27,553 bases of DNA from Azolla caroliniana. Lineage: Eukaryota > Plantae > Polypodiophyta. The position numbers and the translations under genes are program-made. The notes under the pieces are model-generated. The model searched no databases and had not been told where the DNA came from. It saw only the letters and a list, made by a program, of their open reading frames with translations. Location: NCBI GenBank assembly GCA_043228905.1, contig JBHGNT010000411.1, positions 1-27,553 on the forward strand, read 5' to 3'. Positions 11,509 to 23,030 of the stretch are shown here, piece after piece (the stretch's first letter is position 1; every line of letters starts with the position of its first letter).

Positions 11509-12268
11509 CTATACTTTTTTATCTTAACTTGTGCCTTGAGTTAACCATTGTGATTTTCTTTAAGTTAACTACATTTCATATCTGCATCCACCATCAATGT
11601 TTAAACATTTATTAAAAACTATTCAATTTTAGAAATTGTCATTTTGAAATTATTAAATCTCAAAAAATTAGCAAATTTTACATGTTATTTAAAACATGTG
11701 ATACTGGTGTATCAAGTTTCTGAAAATTGCCTAAAATCGCAAGATTATAAAAGGAATCTATAATTGAAATGCACGATCCTTCCACTTGTGAACACGAACA
11801 TGTTCCAAGAAACCTAAGTTTCAAGTTGGTGATGATGTATAGCTATTACGTCGTAATGTGAAAACTACTAGACCATGTGACAAATTGGATTCCCAATGTC
11901 TAGGTCCATTTGTAATCCCTAATCAAGTCAACGACATTGCATTTCATTTGGACCTACCTTCACATATACGTCATCATGCAATATTTAATTTTCATTGTCA
12001 AAGCCATGGACATCAAGTTCTGTCCCAAATCGGGTTGTTCCACCATAACCTCTAGTTCAACTTGTTGAAGGACCAAAATGTGAGGAAGAAATTATATTAC
12101 TTGGTAGATTGGCTTAGATATATGCCCAATAATCAAATCTGGGAACTTGTAGAGAACATTGCTAATGCCCTTGAACTTATAGAGGAGTTTCGTCTCCTCT
12201 ATCCCAATAAATTAAATCTTAATTCATGCATTGTTACTCGTGGAACTTGTCGCCAAAGTAGGGGATGA

Positions 12269-13378
12269 TGTCGCCAAATGTTAATATCATTTGATTCTAT
12301 AACCTTTAAACAATAGTCTTACACTCTAACCAAACGGCATGCGTGCATGTATGCCAAGTGGCAATCATGCATGATCCTATATATGCTATAAAAATGGAGG
12401 ATCTGCTTAGTGTTGAACCATTCCAGTTCAATGTTGTGGTGATGTGGTGTGCCAAGTGCGAGAAGTACACATGAACGAGGGTAAAAGGATAAAGTGTAGG
12501 CATCGAGCAAAAACGTAGATAGAGGAGGGAGATAGGCACCAAGGAAGAAAAAGCAAAAGAGAGAGTATGTTGCACATGGGGAAAAAGGGAAAAGGAGTGA
12601 GATAAGAGATATAACCTAAATTATATAAAATTGAATGGCCAATTGGATAGAGCTTTTCAATTATATTATAAGGGTTTAAAGTTCGAATCTAGAATGATTG
12701 CTTTCAATAATATCTTTTTCTCACTTTAAATATTGAGAAAGGCTGCATTGAAGGCAAAATGTGTTGCCCCCTCCCCTTGTTTTTCTATAAAAGGAGGGGC
12801 TCCTTTTGGCTTCTTCACCATTTTGGGAAGAAACCTCTTGCCCTTCCTTAGTTCATACCCTTTCATCCCCTCTTCGTCACGGTGCTCGTCTTCTTCATGT
12901 TGGTGTTCGTGCCCGTGTGCTTGCGAGTTCGTGATGCTCGTTGTCCGCGTCTTCTTGGTGTTTGAGTGCTCATGCTCCCACATCCGTGTGGTCATGCTCG
13001 CCAATTTCATCGTTTGGGCTCGTCGGGTCGGTATCGTGACTGGTGCTCGATGCTTTCCTTTCCTTGGTTGTCGTGTTGGTGTGCTTGCGTTCGGTGGACG
13101 TGATCGTTTTGTTATATCTTCTTCTTTCCCTACTACAAAACTTCTCCATTTTCTTTACTCCCGTCACTCATGCTTGAGCTCGAGTTTTATGCCACGCACA
13201 TTTCGTTGTAATCCTGTTGTGGGTCTTAAGCCTTATAATAAAATTGTGTGTTTGTGCCTCCATCGTACGTTCCGTCGTCTCTTATGACGGGGAAGGTTTC
13301 GGGAAACCATGCACCTCTCCCCCTCATAAAGGAAAATTACACATTTGCGTGTACTTTTTTGTTTCTCCCTTTGTCACA
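12269..13378 (+). repeat. 3' LTR of the gypsy element (~1.1 kb)
   Basis: Starts TGTC directly after the PPT. TATA CTATAAAAGG at 12785, pyrimidine/GT-rich R-U5 region, ends TGTCACA. Confidence 0.7.
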
Positions 13379-13432
13379 ACATAGTGACGTCAAGTACGTA
13401 GTTAGTGAGGATTGAACCTACAACCTCACATC

Positions 13433-14480
13433 TATAAGACATCATGCTCAACCATTTGAATATGAGTATGCATTTGTATATAATAGAGTATTGTATATTC
13501 TAGCATATATACATTCCAGAATATTCTAGAGCCTTTAGTGTACTCTAGAAATATTCTATGGTGTATTCTAGACGGGTATATTCTAGAGATATTTGTCAGG
13601 TATATTCTAGAGATAATACTTGTATAAATACTTGTAACCTCCTTGGTCCCTTTTAAGGGATTTAACACCAATCATTGACACATCAATCTAGTATTCTCGT
13701 TTCGCCTCCTCTTTGTCTCCTTGATCTTTATTTCTGTCTCCATGCCCTCATGTCGCTCACAACATCTAGAGTTCCTAGCCTTGTCACGTCTAGCTCCAAG
13801 TTCATCCGTCGCTCGTTGCCTCATCATTTGTGCTCCGTCTTAGTCCACGCTTGGTGTGTCCGTGACACCCTTGCACTTTTGGTTGTCTTGTGATAGGGAA
13901 GGTTTCGGGAAACCATGTACCTCTCCTCCTCATAAAGGCGTTCATCGTGTGTACGGTCGTGTGTCTTCCTTGTGCGTTCGATCATCTTGTGACGAGAAAA
14001 GTTTCAGGAAACCATGTACCTCTCCTCCTCATAAAGGCGTCCGGACATTCGTGTGTACACTCTTGTGTCTTCCTTGTACGTTTAGTCGTCCAATGACAAG
14101 GAAGATTTTGGGAAACCATGCACCTCTCCTCCTCATAAAGGCATTCGGACATTCGTATGTATGTTTTTGTGTCTCCCTTGTACGTTTGGTTGTTTTGTGT
14201 CTCCTCATAAGGGCGTTTGAGCTTTCATGAATGTGTGCTCTCCCTTTTCTTGTGCATTCACGTCGTGTGCTTGTCTTTCTTTGTGTGCCCATCCGTTCAC
14301 TCATGTAGTGAGATCGAAAGCTCGGCGAGTCGTGGTCAACAAAAACCATCAACTCCACAAAAGGGGCAATGAGACCTAGCCCAGCACGTAGTATTCGTCT
14401 GCAAGAAAACCTCATGTCTTCTCCACCCTTTCTTACTCCCTAGTCTGAGACCCCCATGGTCCCGCCAAACGAAACTTCGT
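13433..14480 (+). mobile_element. Second LTR (probably a 5' LTR) plus a short internal stub of another LTR element
   Basis: U3-like TATTCTAGA repeats (13495-13612), TATAAATA at ~13623, and a U5-like region with ~100-bp tandem units sharing a 48-bp motif with the preceding LTR. Ends are uncertain. Confidence 0.55.
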
Positions 14481-14614
14481 GACAATGCCAATCTTCCGCA
14501 CCTTTGTCATCATGGTCTCCAAGTAATGCAAATTCTTGTCTTCTTGTTTTGTTATTACCTTCTTTTCTTCGAAATTGACATCTTCTTTGTAGCTTCAATT
14601 GTGACAAGAAGAAT

Positions 14615-15145
14615 TCATTTGCATTGGATGGTAAAGTGATTAATTTTTTCAATACATAAATAAGTTAAGTAGACATATTATTCTCAATAAGAATTATAAG
14701 CATTCTATTTTGGGGCTTGTTGGCATGTTCAAGTGATTTCTAACCATTTATTGAGGAATTTTTGGGCTTATATTTGGAATAGGCCAATTTCTCAAAGAAT
14801 TAGAACATTTCAATGGTTGTTGGTTCAGTATATAGTTCTCGTTGACATGTTGATACTCCATGCAGTTATTATGGGATAAGTGGTCTTTGGTATGGTTATT
14901 AAGGGATCTTGGAGAACTCGTTTGGAAGGATCCATTTTCATTGGATAGTAAAGTGATTAATTGTTTGCAATACTTGATCAAGTTAGGTACATATATTATT
15001 CTCAATAAAAATCATAAGCATTCTATTTTCAGCCTTATTGGGTTGATCAAGGGATTTCTAACCATTTATTGACCTTTTAGGGTCAATTTTGGAATAGGAC
15101 AATTGCTCAAATAATTAAAGCTTTTTAATCATTATTTGTTTCATT
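14615..15145. repeat. Diverged direct repeat, ~210 bp at 317-bp offset
   Basis: ATTGGAT.GTAAAGTGATTAATT...ATATTATTCTCAATAA...TAAGCATTCTATTTT...GATTTCTAACCATTTATTGA occurs at 14623 and 14940. Confidence 0.85.
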
Positions 15146-15232
15146 AGGTAAAGTGGTTTCGAGTTCCATTCATAATTACATTTCCTCATATAAGATGGAT
15201 TCCAGTCATACTTTTAAAATTAACACATTAGA

Positions 15233-15691
15233 TGTTACGGGCATGACCATATAATATCCTGTGGTGAGAATGTACCGTAGTATCCTATACACGTGCATAA
15301 AGTGTGAGGGTTAAACGAGAGTGTAAAGAAGGGGAGGATTACTTTTAATCCTCAGCATTGAGACAACCCATTAGGCTAAGTGTGAACTTGCATGGGGCCC
15401 TTAGGTCTGGGTATAAATATGAGGCCTAGCTACCCTCATTTGATGATCTCTTGACTATGTCGAGACTCCGTTCTTGTGGTGGGTCAACTCTTGTAGTGAG
15501 CGCGCTAGGACCAGGTACAACTCGACGCCACGACGGTGGTATGGGACGCCAATCGAGGATTGAGTCCGTCTCAATCCCTTCGCTCGGCAGTGGTCTGGTG
15601 GATTGGCACCCACCCTTCTTTCTCTCTCCTTTCTTATCAATCTATCTTTGTTATCTTTATCATATGCTTACTTTAGATCTAAGCTCTAACA
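15233..15691 (+). mobile_element. Solo LTR (459 bp)
   Basis: TGTTA...TAACA inverted ends, flanks TTAGA / TTGGA (5-bp TSD with one mismatch), TATAAAT at 15411. Confidence 0.8.
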
Positions 15692-16837
15692 TTGGATGTA
15701 GCATTCTTGCAAGATGTAATGTTGGCTTGAATGTTATTTTGCAATTAAAGGAGTTGTGGGATTGATTGGTCGATCTCTATGGAAAGGTAGGTGTGTGTAG
15801 ACATTTCAAGGTCAAATAGTGTTGGTCTTTTTCGATCCTCGTCAACTCAATAATTCCCGCACAAACACAAAACACTACAGGCTTAATGACTCTTGGACTC
15901 TGACGAGAATGCTTCCAAACACAAAATGGAAGGCAAGACATTTGACACGACGAGAACGAAAGGAGCCAAGATCTAGAGCCCACAATATATGCCAAAACAA
16001 TTTCGTTATACAAGGCTCAAAGCCACAATGGACTTATGACGGCGGCAGCCAAACTCAACTATGCTAGACAAACAAGAGTGGAACAATAGAGAGGGAGGGA
16101 GATGACAATTCATGATGACAACGACCACCAAGCACGACCACTCCAAGCGTAACCTCGAACACAACAGGGACACGAGCACACCACCGCACACCACACAACC
16201 CGAGAACCATATAGCACAAATTTTAAGCCGATCGCACCAAAACCACAAACCTCACACCACGCGAACGAACGAACCACCCAAACGGCGAGCACTCGGACTC
16301 AAAACAGTGAACGGGGAAGCACGAACCCTAGGTTCAAAAACACCGGTCTTTATCTCTTCACCACGAACCTGAACCAATGATCCAAAATAGCCCCAAAATG
16401 TGTGTGTATGTGTGTGTCGGAGAGAGAGAAAGAAAGAAAGAAAGATATATTAACGTCTTCTAAGGCCAAATTTGGCCCATGAGACAAATGGTTTACAACA
16501 AAAAATGGGATATTTACCCATTCATCGAAAGTAAAAAATAAAAATAAAAATAGAGTTTTAAGCTAAATAGTTCTAGTAAAATAACAAACATGTTCTACAA
16601 TGAAAATGATGTTATACTAGGCCTAATTTCATTTCTATCCAAGTCTCTTGAAGAGAAGCAGGAGGTCAAAGGGTTTCAATGTGGATGTGGCCCGTGGCCC
16701 CAATGTAAATGTACCCCAACCATAGCTTCTAGTCGACGTAGCTCACATTCCCTTATCTTCTTAATCCTTTCTACTCTGTGTCGACTTGTTTTGAAGCCCA
16801 ACATCCGAGGGCATTTGGTTGTTCTTTGCATTTCGGC

Positions 16838-16841
<4 letters not shown>

Positions 16842-16908
<67 letters not shown>
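16842..16908. repeat. Compound (GA)n(GT)n microsatellite
   Basis: Directly visible. Confidence 0.98.
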
Positions 16909-16909
<1 letters not shown>

Positions 16910-17822
16910 ACCAAGGAAACCCCAAAATAGCCAAGAAGCCAAACCCTAAGTTTGTGTGTATGGTGAGGATAAATGGAGTAGAAGTAGAAACCCTCAAAGC
17001 TCAAAACTTAAATGGTGCCCTCCCCAAAAGAGAATAAGATGAAACCCCAAAACCCTAATGGTCTACCTCTAAAATCCAAAATGGTTGACCCGAAATAAGC
17101 CTTCTTCTCCCCTTTTTATAGAGGAAAATAGCCGCTTGTCTCGGCATTAAATCCATTGACAATATATATTCCCTTGTCTCAGAAAGCAAGGAGAATAAAA
17201 TGCCCTTTTCCTCGTTTTCCTTCTTTGGCCACGCCACATCATGATATCGGTGGAAAAAACCATTGTTTTCGTTTGATCAAATTGGTGAATGCTTTAAAAG
17301 TTGAAAATGGTAGTATCTCTACACATACAAATCATGGATTGTTACTACAAATAGCTTTTGGAAAGCTTTGGAGTTGCATTCCAAGTAGATTGTAGGATGG
17401 TCTAGAAGTTGTCTTCCCATTGTTAATTGTTTTCTACAATTTTGGTTGTATATAGAGTCATCTCCTTAAGGGAATGATCTATGGTTGGTCATTGACTTTC
17501 ACATGATGGTTTTGGAAGTCTTTTGGTTTCCTTTCCATGTACTCTCTAGGTTGTACCCAATATAGTTTTTCTTAACTAATGGAGGGATATTCTTTTTTGG
17601 AAAAAAAGACCAAAATCATGCTTTTATAATCTCTTCTAACTCTACTTCTTGTTATTGAAAACAATAGTAAGGTGAAACAAAATTATATCCGGTTGTACTT
17701 CAATTCTCAAAATAACTTAACAAACCCTCATGGACCTTTTTTTTGTAGGTACCTTTTCCTAGTGCTAAATTGTTAGACGACCAACTCTAAGGCCTTGACT
17801 ATTACACCTTTTTTATATAATA

Positions 17823-17915
17823 TTTTTCTAGGTATCACTATGGAATGTAGGGGTTGAATGCACCACCTGTTGGTCTTCGTTAAGCGAGCTTACCGAGTAA
17901 GCTACATCCATCTTG

Positions 17916-17976
<61 letters not shown>

Positions 17977-18178
17977 GTTTTTCTAGGAATCACTATGGAA
18001 TGTAGGGGTTGAATGCACCACCTGTTGGTCTTCGTTAAGCGAGCTTATCGAGTAAGCTACATCCATCTTGGTCTGTGTGTGTGTGTGTGTGTGTGTGATG
18101 TTTTTCTAGGTATCACTATGGAATGTAGGGGTTGAATGCACCACCTCTTCATTAAGTGAGCTTACCGAGTAAGCTACA

Positions 18179-18220
<42 letters not shown>
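17823..18220 (-). mobile_element. Three tandem copies of a ~96-bp tRNA-derived SINE-like unit separated by (TG)27 and (TG)12 and bounded by (TC)n
   Basis: Copies at 17823-17918, 17978-18073 and 18101-18184. Minus strand reads ATGGATG TA GCTT ACTCGGT AAGC ... GTGCA TTCAACC CCTAC ATTCCAT (72 nt with tRNA-like layout), then AGTGATACCTAGAAAAA. Confidence 0.7.
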
Positions 18221-18224
<4 letters not shown>

Positions 18225-18269
18225 AAATATTAATGAACCGAATAAGGAAGAAGTGGAAATATGCTAAAA

Positions 18270-18700
18270 GGACTGGTATCAACGCAGAGTACTGGAAACA
18301 TCAATCCTAGGTGTTGGGTTTTATATAAGGCAAGAAGGCCTATTCATCATATTAAATCTTACCTCATTACTAACATAAGTATTAACTCTCATAGAGCCCT
18401 ATCATTAAGTTGCAATAAGGAACCAAAATCAATCAAATATAAAGACATGTAAGGTATGCAAGGAAAGGCTAGTAGAGGATGAGTATCATTTGCATTTTAC
18501 ATGCTTTGCATATAATGCAATTTGTGAAAGCTCTGATGATATACTAAGAGGAGGTGATGACTTGAGTGTCACACTAAAGAGAAAACTTAGAAGGTTGAGC
18601 TCATATGCAGTATGCCTTATTCACACATCCAGACTTAGTCCTTCAAAGTATGAATATCCCTTCTTAGGAAGGATACACACATCAAGATAACTTTTGTACT
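18270..18700 (+). pseudogene. Second, older RTEX-like LINE 3' remnant
   Basis: AGGAAAGGCTA..TAGAGGATGAGTATCA..TTTACATGC (KERLVEDEYH..FTC) matches the 7244-7302 segment of the first copy. Confidence 0.55.
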
Positions 18701-18760
18701 GAGGTTCTATGGGTCAATATTGGCCTCTTTATGGATGCTAAAAATGTGTATCTAAAATTG

Positions 18761-18791
<31 letters not shown>

Positions 18792-18799
18792 CAAAATAA

Positions 18800-18945
18800 G
18801 GATATAATATGCATTGTGTATTTGAAACCATAGAAAGCTTCAAATACCTTGGGCTCAAGGTTCCCTCTAATTACGGATGTTTTGAACCACTTAAAAGAGA
18901 AAAAGAGATCATGACTATGGGCTTTTTTTAAACGCCAATGTGTCA
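18800..18945 (+). pseudogene. Short LINE RT thumb-region fragment
   Basis: FETIESFKYLGLKVP (18821-18865) and KRQC, parallel to IEVVGSYVHMGV...ERQC in the 6195-7330 element. Confidence 0.4.
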
Positions 18946-21900
18946 CGACTTGGGAAAGGTGTTGAGGCTCACATTTGCCACACATTAATTTACTTATATT
19001 GCACCAAACTACAAAACCATCTTTCTCCGAAAGACAGAATCACACCCATGGATCTATGCTACGGTTTATCCCTTTCTATGTCATAATTTGAAATGTAGTA
19101 TTATTCCACCTTTGTTCAAATACAAATTTTCATTTTTTGTAAAACGTATAGTTTAATTGTTTAAAATTATCAAATTTAGAAAGCTTTATTTTTAGGATCA
19201 CAAATCATACAACCTAGCTTTTCTATAAGAGAGATAATGTGATACGGATATGAAAGATATACACATGCATTATTGTGACTAAAGATGAAACATATCCAAT
19301 GAACTCTTGTATTTGTACAAGCATGTTTTCTCTCAACTAACATAAGAGTCAAGTTTAATAGTGCGTAATGATTGTAGTGACGCATTGTGGAAAATAAAGT
19401 GAGACTAATATGAACAAATGTTGAACTTTCATATGCTAAACAACATTAGTAAAAGGACGAATATTAGAACACTATTGTCAAGGTGCATAAGCTAAGATGA
19501 ACATAGAGAGCAAAAATGTGCGTAGGGCTTGACAAAGTAGGCAAAACCAAAAGACACATGCATGAAAATGAGGACACATAAAGATGTGCAATAAATCCAT
19601 AAAGGGGGTTGAGTAATAATAAACATGTTGAGACCTAGCATGTGAGAGTGCCAACTTAATATTTGGAACACTTGAGACCACTCTCTTTTTATTTCTTAGG
19701 CATACATATAGAAAAGCAACCTTGTTACCTCATCTTGGGGTGGTTTATAAGTCATCATAGGAAGTGTGAACCAGGAAATCAACAAAGAGAGAAAAAGATA
19801 TAGGTACTCCATTATTGTTTTACCGTACTTAGGTTTGGGAGCTTTATAAGATCTCATCAAATGTGTGAGCCTAAAGAAACCATTAGATAAAGATAAATTA
19901 TAACATTCTTTCTATATGAGTGTTACAAGAGAAAAGGAGCAAAAAAAGTATAAGTGGGTAACCATTGTTTTACTTGTGGGGAGACTTAATGTGGGATGAA
20001 AACCCACAAAGAATAAAGGGAAGAGTACAAAATGTCTATCAAACAACAAAGTGCTTAGAAGCACTCGAAGTAAAGTAAGTATGAAGTGGAATGCCAAGGA
20101 ATTACTTGAAGAAGCTAGCTTCTAATATTTGGGCTCAAAAAACAACCCTATGGTCATGCACTGTGATGATCCTAAGCATCCAACATCTTGTTTGCTAGAT
20201 GAAATAGGCATTGCTTGATAGGCCACAAAATTAGCTCAAAAAACTCAAAGTTTTTCCCAATCCTTTGCCTTGTGGAGTGAGTAGGTCCAAAATGATTGTA
20301 CACCACATCGTTCACAATGTGAAATAGCCAACTACCTCTTTTGAAGATTTACCCCTAGTGAGAAGCACACGCAATAAGCTTATGTGGATATTCTTTTGTT
20401 TATGTGGAAGAATGAAACTCTATATACTTGTAACTCTAATTTTCTAGCATTGTGATTTTTGTATTTGCAGCAAAGCATTCACATGTTCTCGAAACCACAA
20501 TGATGTAGCAACCTATACACTTAACGTGTTTTGATTTGGTCCTTTAAAATAACAACATTGTGTTTGTTTAACATCCAATCATGAAACCCATAATATCTAT
20601 CTATTGAGTTCCAAGTTTCAAAAATATTAGGAGGAAGTATTGCAATAAATCAAATGGAGATTGTGAAACTATGGATCAAGGAAATCTTTACCCTTAGAAA
20701 GCTTGCATCGTAGTGTTATATTTTCATAATAATATCCAAACAAGAACCTAGAAAAAAAAAATTCCCAACAAAGAAGGGGCTAAAATTGATTTAGGATGGC
20801 ATAAATGATGACTTGATGTCTTCGTTTTGGGCAAAGTCATCAGCCTATATATGACTAAAGTGAAGTGTAACCATTGTAGTTAATAATACTTTGCTTGTTC
20901 ATGATTTTGGTCTATGTAGAGATAACAGGGATGTAGAGAGAAAGATTTAGTTTAGTTTCTTAAAGTCTCATGTGTTTTGCATTTGATTGAAAACCGGAAT
21001 TTTTGTATGAAAATAATTTTGAGTTGGTTGTGGATATGGAGCACACAACATAGTTCTATGTTATGAATGCAAATCATTATATGGCACCATATGTATATAG
21101 AATAGATGTGGATAGCTCAATTGTTTAAAAGAATGGCTAGTACCTTTAAAGTGGTCGGTTGATGTATGGTTATAACTTATAACTTATAAACATGCATGTG
21201 GAAGAGTAGAATGCCTATTTGAAGTCCAAAATAAATCCCCCAATATAAAGTAAAACCTTATAATAAGTTATTCTTCTTCGATCATCCAAACTCTAATTTT
21301 ACTTTATGTTAGCTTCAATTATCACCTTTTTTAATTCACAGAAGATCTAATGAAATCTTGGGGTGGCCTAGGTTTACTTATTTGTGCGTCAAATTGTGGG
21401 AACAATTGTATAAATGAACGTCAATTGGGTAATGGCAATAAAATCGTGTCCATTTTATTTTGTCTATATCATTTTACTAGAAAAGGATTTATCAATTACT
21501 TTGAACTACTCTTCAAATTATTTTCGAACTACCTTAACTACCCTAAATTGGTGGAACAAGGTGACTGACCATCATGTCTTCTTTTAACTAAATGTATGGA
21601 ATTTTACATAGATGGACAAAGAATGGTCTGGTCGTAAAGTAAACTTTCTTGTCTAATGTCAATATCAGAGAAATTATAGATAATAATACTTGGTCAAAAT
21701 GCAAATTAGAATGAAATTACATCTCTAGCATCATCATTCAATATGGTGAAGAATCTACTATGTCCAAAATGTAATTTGGGTAGGTAGTGAGGAAAAATAA
21801 GGTAAGACCCTAACATTTTTTATTGCATTTATTTATTTTTATTGACTATGGATATAGAAATATGACTTAGTTAATTTATTAAGAGTGAGAAGGGGTAGGT

Positions 21901-22189
21901 CGATTACATGTTAGGTATCACCTTTAGGCAAATAACAATATCACTCATATTCCACAAATTGGGGGGGGTGCTTATATGCTCTTTCAATGGTTTCAATAAT
22001 TTGAAGTCATAAAAAAAGTGATCTATATTGTGGTCTCGGCAAGCATGTTACCCTTGTGTTTGTATTCACTTCAATGGGTGTTAGGTGACCACACACTTCT
22101 CTTTTATGCATCATGATAGAAAACATCCATTGCACTTCATATATAGTTAATGAGGACAATTTGAAATGCTAAATGTTTGATTATTTGAG

Positions 22190-23030
22190 TTTAGGGATTT
22201 AGCTTGTATTGAGCTTCATGATGAAGAAAACATTGAGCAACGTTTCTATGGCCAATTACTACATTTGTTCTACAGGATACGAAATAGAGTAACATGATAT
22301 CATCCATCCATGTAGACTGTGATCAATATTCATATATTTCTCCATCTCACACTTAATCCTCACAATTGGCCTCCCTATTGTAAGACCGTTGTAATTATCA
22401 CCATCAAACTCCCACCCATGTATCATTTTAGGATCATGTTTAGGGATCCATGCAAAAGACCTCAATATCTTATTTGACAATTAGGAATTGGCAACAGGTT
22501 GCTTGAAGCCTAAACCCAACCGTTAAAACGTTTTTAGATGGGTCGGTTTGGGTCGGTTCAGGCTTGAGCCTCCTTAACTAGTTTGAGCTCGGTTTGGCAA
22601 GGCTCTAGCTGACCCAAACCAATTCCTAAACTAATTAAGGCTAAAACGGTTTGTTCGAACCAGTTCCTAAAACGGTTTAGCATTAACTGGTTTGCCCATT
22701 GGTTTGGTTCAAGTTTAAAAACTCTCAAACCGGTTAAGGCTTAACCTATTTGGCGAACCGTTGCCAATTCCTATCAATGACGATACACTCATGTAATATA
22801 CATGAGCAATTTTTACTTATTTAAATATCAATAATTATATCGTACAATCTCTTTTTCTACATTGGTAATAGGTTTACCTAAAAATACATCACTAAATCTC
22901 ATTTGCAATAAATTGTCCAGTGAAGTAGTGAGAGGCTCAACTTAAAACCACGGAAGGAATAAACTAACGAACAAAGTGTGAGATTGTCACATTACAATAT
23001 TTGAATTGCCAACATTTATATGCACTCCTT
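22190..23030 (-). pseudogene. Highly decayed LINE RT remnant interrupted by a MITE
   Basis: Minus strand GTCTACATGG(ATGG)ATGATATCATGTTACTC reads VYMDDIMLL once a 4-bp slippage is removed, followed by a KLN motif. Evidence is weak and boundaries are approximate. Confidence 0.3.
22482..22773. mobile_element. hAT-like MITE (292 bp)
   Basis: Perfect 14-bp TIR TAGGAATTGGCAAC / GTTGCCAATTCCTA, with internal AACCG/CGGTT motifs. An 8-bp TSD is not conserved. Confidence 0.85.

Larger units (their letters stand above)
7484..11804. mobile_element. Non-autonomous TIR DNA element (Mutator/Foldback-like), 4.3 kb
   Basis: Left end AACACGTCCGCGTTCACAAGTGGAAGGATCGTGCA versus right end reverse-complemented AACATGTTCGTGTTCACAAGTGGAAGGATCGTGCA (3 C/T differences). 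Weaker inverted similarity extends ~190 bp. No TSD or transposase was recognised. Confidence 0.8.
7331..13378 (+). mobile_element. Chromovirus-type Ty3/gypsy remnant (integrase C-terminus, chromodomain, PPT, 3' LTR), interrupted by the TIR element
   Basis: Left piece 7331-7480: NNPTIKDNLEQLKQIQ..AQAKYKNIADRHR. Right piece from 11805: PKFQVGDDV*LLRRNVKTTRPCDKLD..LGPF (GPF motif) and chromodomain KLYYLVDWLRY..WE..ENIANALELIEEF. PPT AAAGTAGGGGATGA, then TGTC at 12269. Confidence 0.85.

Noticed and set aside
12726-14415. ORFs of 65-184 aa within the LTRs
   Set aside because: Non-coding, compositionally biased LTR sequence with no recognisable domains.
16590-17037. ORFs with ERERE/CVCVC/HTHTH/LSLSL runs (also 3726..4016 and 24321..24539)
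   Set aside because: Translations of dinucleotide microsatellites.
15800-17260. Minus-strand LTR fragments (CA-rich tract; reverse TATA at ~17115)
   Set aside because: Composition is suggestive, but no termini, TSD or partner could be defined.
17823-18184. Functional tRNA genes
   Set aside because: The anticodon stem does not pair and the T-stem/B-box is mutated (GCATTCAACCC), so these were treated as SINE-like.
19400-21700. Possible decayed coding sequence (CFTCGE at ~19965; A-box-like TAGCTCAATTG at ~21113)
   Set aside because: Isolated short motifs without supporting context.
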